Source of the DNA: Schizochytrium sp. TIO01
Taxonomy: Eukaryota; Protista; Bigyra: Labyrinthulomycetes
Reading direction: 5' to 3'
Assembly (NCBI GenBank): GCA_004764695.1
Contig: SMSO01000005.1
Location: forward strand, 1,240,001-1,304,000
DNA: 64,000 bases
The notes below the pieces were generated by a model, which searched no databases, was not told the origin of the DNA, and saw only the letters and a list, made by a program, of their open reading frames with translations. Below are positions 10,088-20,646 of this stretch, one piece after another. The position numbers and the translations under genes are program-made. The first letter of the stretch is position 1. Every line of letters starts with the position of its first letter.

Positions 10088-10926
10088 AAGGTCTTGTTTA
10101 TAATTAATCCATTTTTTTGTACATTTTTTTTCTTCTTTTGAGTGACTCAGAGTAATCTTGGAAAAAAATGAAAATGGAGAGCACACGAATCACTCATGGC
10201 TTTTGTAACAATGAAACAAGAACTTAGTGATGGATGATTGATATGGCTTGAGTTTGAACCCTAGGTAAAAGATTTTAACTTATTACCTGACTATCGAGAG
10301 TAAACAGTTTATTTAGCACCAAACTGCAACTGTGGTCCCAAACATGGAGTTAGTTATCTGATGAAGAATTTACTCCTTTTCTGCTCTTGATTGAGAACAA
10401 ATGTATTAGACAAAAACACATGGTATTTGGTTTACGCTGTGACAAATACCTCGGGATTGGCAAAGCACAAATTTACCTGCTTTCAATTCTGGTAAAAATT
10501 AAAAGTCAGAGAGTCAAGAATAAGGCTGGATTCTTTCATAAGAACACCAAGAGTATATTTGTTTATTTCAATTATAATTGAATTTTTTTTTTTTGAGGAT
10601 CTTTTCGGATGGGGATAGGACTACGCGATGTGCGCGAAGTTTATGACAAAAAGAAAGATGCACACGTCCACAGGGGCAGACATTTTTTGATAGGCAGATA
10701 GGGCGTGTTGTTGCATCTCTGGATCGAGTCTGCGATTGTATGTACCATATAAGAAAATCGGTCATGGAAAACAATGATAGGACATCCCGCAGTGGAGAAG
10801 GGCTTAAAGCTGCGACAAAATAGACAGAAGTCGAGCAAAAACCAAAAGCATTCTGAACAGAGCAGAAGCAGAGAGATTAGTATCATATTGGAAAACAAGG
10901 GTTCCCATTGAGGAAGCCGTCCGATC

Positions 10927-13900
10927 TTAAGCGCGATCAGGCATGACAGAGTAACGCGAGCGGTCTTTCTTGTTGTAGAAGGAGCTGATAGCGCTAGTCA
11001 TATCGCTCGGAGCACTGTGTGTCTCAGAGCCATACTTTGTGTTATGAAAGGCTGACACGAACTGCTGCTGGTTCTCAGACTTGCGAGTCAGGGCCAAAGT
11101 GAAGAGCTCAAAGTCTTCAGAAGGAGTGAATGACTTGAGGCAGATGGCATAGAGGCCCCAAACACGCTGGGCAGACTCCGGGTTCGGGTTGTTAGTGAGC
11201 TGCTTAATGATTTGAGCGTAGATCTCGTCACGGAGAACTTCGTTATCAATACCAGTTTGTACGACCATAGATCCAGCCATATCGGGCTGGTTGCTCTTCT
11301 TGTCACCTGCGAAGATCAAGATGTTGCCAAAGATCTGTTTAGCCTGCTTGATAAGCAGTTTGTCCTGGAACGGCATGAGAGACGACGCAATGCCACCCTT
11401 TTGCCACACCAGCATGTTCTCAGCTGCCTTAGCCTTGCCAAACATCTTCTTGGAGGCAAAGTCCATAGGCTCGCGCAGACCGTGGTAACGAGCAAGTTCA
11501 TAGTCACTGAGGTGGTCATCGAGGTGCTTCTCCTGGAGTTTGATAGACATATACACAACTTGCTGACGAGCCAGGTCGAAGAGCTTGATCTGGCGGTCGG
11601 TGCGTGGAATATCGAGCAGCTTGGCAGCACGAGCAACAGCATCTGAGAGCTCCTTGAACTGAGATTCAGAGGGCTTCTCAACCTTAGTGAGGCGGTCGAA
11701 AATGTTTTCGAGGTCCTTCCACTTCTGCAACTTCTCACGGTGCGCGAGTGCCTTGGGCAAGTTCACAGGCTTAAACGAAAAGACCCTTGCCAGGGGACCA
11801 ATGGTGGGCTCAACAGCCTTGATGGCATCATCGAGAGCATCGATGTCGTTGCGAAGGGCAAGAGCATCGTCGATGTTATGAGAGGCCTCCTTCAGGCGAC
11901 CGTAGAACTCACGAGCGATACCTCCGCGAATGACGCTCTGGCAGATTGGTACAATGTGCTCGAGAGCGAGGTTACGCAGAAGTCCGAGGAGCTTATGCAC
12001 AGGTGCCTTGTACAGCACAAGAGTGCGTCCAAACTGCACATCCTCAAAGGGGTGAGCACTGCTGGAGATAATTTCCTCGCAAATGGCCTTGTCATCACGA
12101 GAGCTGTAGTGGTGGCCCTGGTTGATGCAAGAGTAGCGGCAGCGGAACTGGCGAAAGTTCAGACGGAAGGGGTAACCTTGTTTGCGGATAGCAACGGCCT
12201 CAAAGACACCGCTGTAGCGCAGCTGCTCCACAACAAGGGGTGTTTCAAAGCGGTCCGAGACCTGCTTGTTGTTAGGCTTAACACAACGAATGTAGCGCGA
12301 CTCCGTCTCATAAAGAAGGTCCATGAGCTCGTTGAGTTGCTTACGGAACTTAAAGCTTACGCTCTTGATCTGCTGGCGACCAAGATCAGGGAAGAGGGCG
12401 GCAGTGCGGTCATCTGAAGAGCCCTGGCAGCAAGAGTACATGTCGGCGTAGAGAGTGTCAACATTCTTCTGCATCATGAGAGCGGCGTCATAGTTCACCA
12501 CACCGGCGTAGTGAATGACTTCGAAGGAAAGGTCGTTGTTAAGACGACGGTGAGGGTCCACGTGGAACTTATCGTTCTTCTTGTGCTGAGATTCCATCTT
12601 GTTCATAAGTTTCTCATTAGATCCTTCTGGCACGAGACTCTCCTCATCAAGCATGAGCAGAATACCTACAGGCTTGGACTCAATGAGGTCGAGGACGACC
12701 TGGTTGTCAATGAACTCGATGTGCTTGAAAGAAATGCCCTCCGATGTGTACAAGGACTCTTCTTCCTTGAAGGTGGTTCGGTTGAAAAATTGCTGGAGCT
12801 TCTCATTACAGTAGTTGATGCAAAGTTGCTCAAAGGAGTTGTTCTCAAAAATCTCAAAACCGAAGATATCGAGGATACCGATGAATTTGCCGACGCGGCC
12901 TTCGAGGCTCTCATTGATACGGCGCACAAGGTGATCGAAGAGACGAGAGTAGATACCCTTGGCGAGAGAGTCACAGGAGTCACGAGCAGTAACAGGGTCG
13001 AGAGGAATCACGTTCGTCTCACCACGGACAGAAATAGAACGTGCAGTAAGCACACGCTCAAGGTCACTGGCGGAGACTCCGAGGAGATCAGCAGCACGCT
13101 TGACGGGGGTAGTGTCCTTGACAGTGGAGCCGCTGACACCGCCAGCTTGCATTTGAAGGGAAAATTGCACATTACCAAGAGTGAGCACTGCAGTGGTAGT
13201 GCGGAAGATCCAGTCCTGCTCATCGTCGCCGAATTCGAGTTCATCAAGAGCGCTGAGCACCTCCTGGAAGTCACCGGAGTCATTGACATCAGGGGTTTTA
13301 ATAACACCAGACTTGTTCAGGTACTCATAACGCGAAGCATCCGTGAGTTGGTACTTGGAGGAAATACCAGAGTCGTTGGTCATCTGGTAGAAAATGTGAA
13401 AGTTGCGTTCTCCGCGTTGCTGGTACACGACGCGAGAGCGCTCAAGCAGGTAGTTCTGAATTGAGGCACCGCAGATGGATCCGCTTACGGAATCAAAGTA
13501 GACCTCGATCCACTTACCAAAACGGGACGAGTTGTTGTTACGGATGGTCTTGGCGTTACCGAAGGCCTCGAGCACAGGGTTGGCACTGAGAATCTTGGCC
13601 TCGACATGGGTCTCAGAACCTGCAACATCGGCAAGCCACTTGAGGCAGTGCTTGGTTGCGACAGTCTTACCTGCACCAGACTCACCACTGATGAGCACAG
13701 ACTGGTTCTGGCCATCGCGCATGAGTGAGTTATAGCTGTTCGCCGCAATTGCGAACACGTGCGGCGGCAGCTTCTTGTTGGGGGGAGGCCTCTGATAGTC
13801 GCGAATGACATTAGGTGCGTAGAGTCCCTTGATATCTTTGTAAGGGTTGACAGCAACCAAGACACTGTGAGCAGCACCGACCCAGGTGTAAATCTGATCC

Positions 13901-14331
13901 TTTGTGTTGTACAGCTCGCGAAGAGTGTACGAGATGATACCCTCGTTGATGCCATCGGCAGCGACAAGATCATCCTCCAGGAGCTTGAGAGCGGATCTGT
14001 GGAGGGGCCACAGAGGAACTTTTTGGGTGCGGCCATCAGTCTCAGGTCCGCTCATAACACCTGATGCAGGAATCTTCATGTTCTTGCCGTTCATGGTCAC
14101 CACGCTGGTGGACTCAGAGTCACCTCCCACAACACGAGCAGGCTGCCAAAGGAGGTCCGGGTGAGGGACCCAAACCCATTCACCCTTGTTGGCCTCAATT
14201 TCATCCTTGGTGAGTAGAGCGTCGGGCTTCTCCCAGGTGATCTCATTACTTGCCTCGCGGTAGTAGTACTCGTCACCCTCGAGGGTCACCTTGACCTCCC
14301 ATCCATCGTTGTTGCTCTTGCCACGACCCAT
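10927..14331 (-). CDS. Unconventional myosin: N-terminal WW, motor, IQ-like neck, C-terminal MyTH4 (class IV-like architecture)
   Basis: WW domain (GWEVKVT..GDEYYY....EITWEKP), P-loop GESGAGKT, NNNSSRFGK, LDIFGFE, NSFEQLCINYCNE, YIRCVKPN, and MyTH4 LRDEIYAQIIKQLTNNP. First ATG is at 14331. Strong C/G third-position bias suggests high expression. Confidence 0.95.
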   Translation of the reverse strand: MGRGKSNNDGWEVKVTLEGDEYYYREASNEITWEKPDALLTKDEIEANKGEWVWVPHPDLLWQPARVVGGDSESTSVVTMNGKNMKIPASGVMSGPETDGRTQKVPLWPLHRSALKLLEDDLVAADGINEGIISYTLRELYNTKDQIYTWVGAAHSVLVAVNPYKDIKGLYAPNVIRDYQRPPPNKKLPPHVFAIAANSYNSLMRDGQNQSVLISGESGAGKTVATKHCLKWLADVAGSETHVEAKILSANPVLEAFGNAKTIRNNNSSRFGKWIEVYFDSVSGSICGASIQNYLLERSRVVYQQRGERNFHIFYQMTNDSGISSKYQLTDASRYEYLNKSGVIKTPDVNDSGDFQEVLSALDELEFGDDEQDWIFRTTTAVLTLGNVQFSLQMQAGGVSGSTVKDTTPVKRAADLLGVSASDLERVLTARSISVRGETNVIPLDPVTARDSCDSLAKGIYSRLFDHLVRRINESLEGRVGKFIGILDIFGFEIFENNSFEQLCINYCNEKLQQFFNRTTFKEEESLYTSEGISFKHIEFIDNQVVLDLIESKPVGILLMLDEESLVPEGSNEKLMNKMESQHKKNDKFHVDPHRRLNNDLSFEVIHYAGVVNYDAALMMQKNVDTLYADMYSCCQGSSDDRTAALFPDLGRQQIKSVSFKFRKQLNELMDLLYETESRYIRCVKPNNKQVSDRFETPLVVEQLRYSGVFEAVAIRKQGYPFRLNFRQFRCRYSCINQGHHYSSRDDKAICEEIISSSAHPFEDVQFGRTLVLYKAPVHKLLGLLRNLALEHIVPICQSVIRGGIAREFYGRLKEASHNIDDALALRNDIDALDDAIKAVEPTIGPLARVFSFKPVNLPKALAHREKLQKWKDLENIFDRLTKVEKPSESQFKELSDAVARAAKLLDIPRTDRQIKLFDLARQQVVYMSIKLQEKHLDDHLSDYELARYHGLREPMDFASKKMFGKAKAAENMLVWQKGGIASSLMPFQDKLLIKQAKQIFGNILIFAGDKKSNQPDMAGSMVVQTGIDNEVLRDEIYAQIIKQLTNNPNPESAQRVWGLYAICLKSFTPSEDFELFTLALTRKSENQQQFVSAFHNTKYGSETHSAPSDMTSAISSFYNKKDRSRYSVMPDRA

Positions 14332-16899
14332 GGTGTAAAGATTTAAGTTGTATGCCAAGTGACCTTGCGATCGATCAACCAAATGCGGTTCTCCTCAAGT
14401 TAAGGTCAATATCGCCGCTGTCGAGAGAGATATCCTCCTCGTTGCTTTAGACCTTCGTCACCTACTATATATAACAAAGAGGGAAAGTAAGTCTCCGCGC
14501 GTGCCGCAAAGAAAAGAAGAAAGATGAATGAACAGCTTTCGACGCACGTGGTCAACCTCGGAGCCGCGAGGATCACGGGTTGGCGTCTCGCGAAGGTTGA
14601 CGCGGGGCCTTTAGGTTATCGGCGGAGTGCCGAAGAGTGAGTGGTCGCGCGACCTGACTGCGGCCGGGCGGAGGGAGCACAGATGAGGTGGAGCGATTGG
14701 GGTTTGTTGATGGCCAATTTATCGACTGATTGAACTCCCCAGGCGCCATGTCCAGCTCCATCTTAATCCTGTATGAAATCTAAAATCGCATCAATGTTTA
14801 ATTCTATTATTCACCTCTGTAGGATTAAAAAAATATACATATATACCTCTCCTACAAACTTTTTCCTTTTACATTAAAAACCTCTCCAACGAGCTTGGCC
14901 CACACAGAGTATCGGGCGCGGTAACGCTGAGGGTCAATGGCATAAACGCACTAATTTCTGAATCGATGGTGATAATGGAGCCTGTGTCCAGCAGTACCTA
15001 GGTAGTGCTTTGCTCCTTCGCAGCGAGCGCTGGCAGAATTCTTAATAAACAAGTAAACTAAAAGAATAAATTGATTTTTTTGTCTTGCTTCCAGGAGTGC
15101 GATAGAAGAAATTGACTCACGAGAGGCAGTGAGAGAGGGCATTAATATGGGCTGTGGGGCGTGGGAGACGGGGATGTGGGAGACGGGCAAACAGCTGCGG
15201 GAAGAGGAATAGAGACAGACGGGCGATACTTAGCACCTACTGTTTATAGTAGAGCGCGAAAAAGGACAGGAAAATGGTTTAGAAAAGAAGAGAAAATTGA
15301 TTGATTTTTGCATAGTTTTCGAAGACGGCGAAGAGGGAGGGACTTGGAGGGAGCGCAATCATGAGCCCAGTGCAGCCATCGCCGTGGCCGCTCTTCGAAA
15401 AAGGAGCCGGCAAATGCCAGCGGCGTAGCAAAAAAGCCCATGAGGAATGTACTTTCTTTCCTTCGACTTGAACCCACTATCTCACGGGCTAGTGGATTGT
15501 GCGCTTCCTGCACTGCATCACTTGAAGTTGTTTAATCTCTGTCCTAGGTTTGACTTTTGTTGGTTTGTTTCTTTTATCCTTTATCAAAGGTGTAAAATAG
15601 ATTGATTTTTTACTGCTCCTTTCAAGTAAAATGCTTAGGAGAGGGTTAGTAGGTGTATATATAGGTACTACCTGGTCAGCACTTTTAGAGTTTGAGAAAA
15701 CACTTTTACGATGCGGATAAAGGAATGATGACTTTTTGTGTAGTTTCGCATTGGCCTTCTTTCACCTTGAGATGGCGCAGTGTTGAGGCTCGCCAAGCTC
15801 GTGGTGCGCGCTCGACCACACTTCCAAGTCCCACGTGCTTGAACACCTACTACGCACGCAGAAGGCGGCCGCGGCACGAGAGCTCAGGTCTTCAAACATC
15901 GGGAATCACGAATGAATGTACCCTCTTAGCAGCCCCTGTCTCGTCGCGGCACGCGCGGCGTATGGACGTTCGTCGTAAGTCCCCTCTGGGAAGGCTGTTG
16001 TGCAATCGATTTCTCATTGGATTTTGCTTCGTTTTCGCATTTTGGCGAAAGCTCAAATGACGACGAATGCGCTCGAAGATGATTGATCGCCTCAGGTTAT
16101 CCGCCTAGTTTGGGGGAGAGCAGCGTTATGGCGATGGCAGCTATCCTCCTCATGAGCCACGACAGGCAGGGTCGATCGTTGCCACACAAAGAAACACTCG
16201 CCTTCTACCATCTTGGCTTTCGAGCGAGCAAGCAAGGTATCAGCCGCAGGAAGCAACTTGGGCGTGCGCAAGCCCAGGAGCGCGAGCCCTGTCGGCAGGC
16301 AGGAAGCAGCCATCACTCAGATCGAAACTAAGCACCACTTGATCTCTTGAATCAATTTCGAAAGGGCCATCTTGTATTCTGGCGAGGCCCCACTGCACAA
16401 CTTGAAGCTCCTGCTGACCATATCTTTCCATGAAAAGGAGAAAAGAAAGGAAAAGAGAAGAAGGGAAATAAAAACCTTACGTAGATAGAATCAGACGAAA
16501 CGCTGATTGTTGGAAATAGGACGGCAGCGTGATGGAGAGAGGAAGTTGAGCAGAAGTGCTTATCGACCGAGGGCCTTCTTGGGTTTACTCTGAGCCAGCA
16601 ACATCATCGTGCTGTGGTCCTCCACCCCCCTTCCTCTTTGCATAACTCAGGCTTGGATTTGTACATTGGCAAATGTCGAGCCGGCGAGACAGTCAGAAAG
16701 CTAGCGTGCGCCGCGCGTGCACGTGCACACCTCCCTCTCTCGAAGAATAGTGGGCTCAATAGGAGTCTTTTTAGTAGCTCTGTAATTAGGCACTTCTAGT
16801 ATCAAATCAATTTGATCTGGAGAACCTTCATGGTCTCAAAGGCCCGCCCCGCCCATCCTCGTAGTTAACGTGAGCTAAATGGCATGCATAAAAAATAAT

Positions 16900-19800
16900 A
16901 TTAAGTTTTGTTCGATGGTAAGCATCTCATTTTTATTTAGTTTCCCCAATCTTTGAATAGATCATCGTGATGATATCAACTATGACTAATACTCCTACTA
17001 TAACACGTGAACCGCCACCGGAACGTTTTAGTGTCTATACTTGTGATCTTAGCAACGTTTGGCTGGCCGATCACTCGCCAGGGACGAAACTTAACTACTT
17101 TCCAATGCTTGCAGCGTCAGTGAGTAACTCAGAAGGCTTCAGCTTTGATACACCAGCTTGAGATTCAGAACCCGCGGTTTGCAGCAAGCAACAGAGATGG
17201 CATACCTATATGAGTCTTTAGCCCTTCATTTCAAACTTTCGTCGTTTATAATAAAAGATTCTCTGAAAGGGCGTACGCACAGTTTGGTTAGCGCGGTACG
17301 CTACTTCCCTAGGCTCATCTCAATCTAGGTAGTATGTAAACAGTTCATATTATTTTCACGCACACACACGAGAGAAATAGCAATACGAGGCACTTATTTC
17401 TTATTCCCAGCAATTATTGAAAGAAAAGGATCCACGTGCTAACGTAGGAGCAAACGATCTCGATTATTAAAGTCAAGCAGTCGGCGCATCAATGCGAGAG
17501 CCTAAGTTTATTTTAAAATTTGTTCTGGCTTGAGGTTTTGCAATTAAAGTTCTATCCAAGTAAAAAGGAATTGTAGACTGGTGAGAGTGATTTGAAGAGA
17601 GGAATGTGTAGATCTTCATCGTCGCACCAGACTCATGTAAGAAGCTTCTTTGGCCAGATTCGCCACCTTGATTATCATCATCACCACCAAACGCGTCGAG
17701 CCAGCTATCTGGATTTAGGATCGATCTAAGCTACGCGATTACGTGTGATTAAAGCGATTGAGTGAATTCATACACGGCCAAATTTCAAGCTGGCAATTAT
17801 AAGTAAATTTGAGACCAACGCTAGCCATGGCTCAAAAAATTGAGCGTGGTGGCATAACATAGCAGCAATATTATTTACTTGGCCGGAAAAGCTGTGAATT
17901 GATTTACACCTTTGCCTTGTTACCAGCGCCTATAACGCGACGGTTGTAAAGATAAATCCCTCAATCCGCGTGTAGGGCCTAACAGAGAAGCGTGAGCTTG
18001 TCAATTCGAAGTGGTGTAGACCAAGAAATTGGTATGATGTGGCTTCTAGTCTGAAAGGTATTAGCTTGTGCGAATCTTGTGATTATGGGATCGCGATCAG
18101 CAAGGTGGACCATCATTCATTGATCCGGTAGCCTGTATTGGAACTCCACTAGTAAAAACTGTATGGATAGCTGGCATTAAATTGACCGACTTGGAGTGGA
18201 ATAACTTCAGAACGAGATTATTAGAGGTGCTGAGAACTTCTGTTGGTGCAGTGAAATCATGCGCATGGCTGATAATTGGGCAAGATCTCTCCGAAGTCTG
18301 TATCTACTTCTTATTTCCAGGCTTGCAAATTACAGGTGTCTGAGTGCAGAATTAAGATCAAGCCAACACTCTCGCGTTTTACTCCCTCCGAATATTTCAC
18401 ATATATGAGTTCTTGAAGAAAGTTTCAAAAGTAACTATTTATCGTGTTGGCCTGCTCGCAATGAGGTATACAAATCAGCTTATACATTGAAACGTTTGAA
18501 AAAAGAGAAAAGCTGGCAACATATTCTAGTTGGTATTCTATGAAGCATTGTTGAGCATATCATGGGCGAGAAGCTGCTGTCAAGAGTGGTTCGTGGCTTT
18601 TCATTCACCCCAGCATAATTCATTACCTGCGTGTTCTCGACGTTGTTTGCCAATTTTTTTATTTTGCTTCTAGCTTTACAAAAAATAAACCTTCGATACG
18701 GAATTTTAAACCTTGTATGTTACAAACCTTATTCTCTTCACATCGGGCCAAAGCTCTTTATGAATAACAAGGATTACACTAAAGTCATAATTAATTGCCT
18801 ATGCCTTTTAAAGTTATATGCAGATCATTGAGCTCATCACAAGAATTGCGCACGCGTTTTCAACTTCGGGAGAAGCTTATTGCATCCACAATCTACAACC
18901 ACTTTGCTTCCGTGTGAAACCTGTTTGTAGCTCTTTCCGAATGAATATATGTCAATCTGTTCGAATTCATTTGTGTTGTTGTTTGGGATTCAACAGTGCC
19001 AACAGCGACTTGGATTGAGTGTGGCAGGGTGTGTGTACGTGCGTGCGACCATTACGAGCGAGTGACATGAGCGCGCGTACAGCTGATATTAAATTGTCGC
19101 GCGCAGCATCATAGAAAAGGGTTGTAGGGAAGCTATGTCTCTGCCCAAACTCGCGCAGCTCGCTCGTAGAACATCACGTTATTCGTGTCGAGCTGCAACA
19201 TTTTGGTGAACAAGAAACGTTCGCAGGAGTTTTAGAGATGCCGTGAATCATTAACTCTAATGTCTAAAAGTCTAAATGATGGCGATGGCATAAAATTTAC
19301 TACCTTGTTAGCTACTACGTACCTTCGTACCTACCTGAGTATTTGCTGTTCAGACAACAACCATGGTGCTTCTCACTTTGTCACCAAATTAGAGTGCAAG
19401 TTGAGTTTGTGTAGAGTTTAATAGCAAAAGTCAGAGCAGGACGAGCCAGTCTGCTTTGGTATTGGGTACACAATTGAACACTTGCAGAACTTATATCACT
19501 TCTGACAATGCTATAAATGTAATTCTTTTAGCTAGAAATCGAACGCGAAAGTGCAAAGGTTTGTTTGTATACAGAACGAGAAGCCGGAAAATTGACACCA
19601 CGATGCAAAATCATTACAGCACAAGAGCAAAATCTGGTGAACACACGGCGCCCTCATCAGTGTGCTAAGAGGTAAAATGGATTCCCACAGCGTGAATCTG
19701 CGTACACAAGCTCAGCTCTCTCATATTAAAGAAGCCCCACACCTCATAAAAATTAATCCAGTGGATAGAGAGAATAAAAGGAAAAACTTAATTTGCAGCT

Positions 19801-20600
19801 GTGGGAATGGCCTCACAACTTGGCGCACGGCGATTCACCAACCCCTGTTTTTAAAAGCTACAATTCGTCCGCCCGCGGAGGGATTATCATCGCTGTTCCC
19901 TGGCATGCAAGGTTTAAAGCCAAGGGCCAATGTGTTTGTTTCTCAGGTTAGTCTTTTGTAAATGTTGACGTTGCTATTTTCATAAAAATAAAAGCTATTC
20001 TCCATTTATTTTTTTTACTTTTGTAAAAAACCTTCATGATGATTTGCTGTTGTGCATTCAATTAAAGTGTCCTTTTCAGGTAAAAAACAAAATAGTAAAG
20101 CACAATCTTGAGAAAATTAGACGGGCTTTTAAAGACAACTGCGAATTGCTTTATTCTTGTTGTTTGTAAAATGATCTCAACGTCTTTGAATTGGAAAAAG
20201 GTTGCGTAGGTTTGGGTGTCCAGCAAAAGTAGGTGAACCAGAACAACACCCATAGTACCTAACTGGATAATCGTCACTAAGATGTAATTTCTTTAGAAGC
20301 TTTGCAAGAATTAAGGAGAATGGGAAGATAGCCCATTGAAATGAGAATAGACCTATTATTTTCTTGGACATTTATCTATGCTACGTCTTTTACCACCTAA
20401 TTGTGAGTATTCTGCTCGTGCTCTAGCTAGACAACTATAGATCTACATTCTTAAATTTTTTAAAACCTCAATCTATAAAAGTTGGCCACAGTCGAGGCAT
20501 AGTCGGTGCAGATCTCACTATGGTAGAATTAAAAGAAAGCGATCAGCGCAGCAAGCAAACTTTGCGACTAAAATAGCATTTCGGCTTAGATAAAAAATGA
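16900..20600. other. Gene-free island with probable decayed coding sequence
   Basis: No ORF over 100 aa. A start-less, stop-free 86-codon stretch at 18083-18343 (+) reads like protein. Boundaries are approximate. Confidence 0.4.
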
Positions 20601-20646
20601 TTGCTGTCCCCTGCCTAATTGGGAATCAACATTGTGTGCCTACATT

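Noticed and set aside
11212-14164. Long plus-strand ORFs (up to 317 aa) opposite the myosin
   Set aside because: They are antisense shadows caused by the myosin's codon bias and have no domain content.
17268-17330. tRNA D-arm-like sequence GCACAGTTTGGTTAGCGC
   Set aside because: No T-arm (GTTCRA) or acceptor stem follows.
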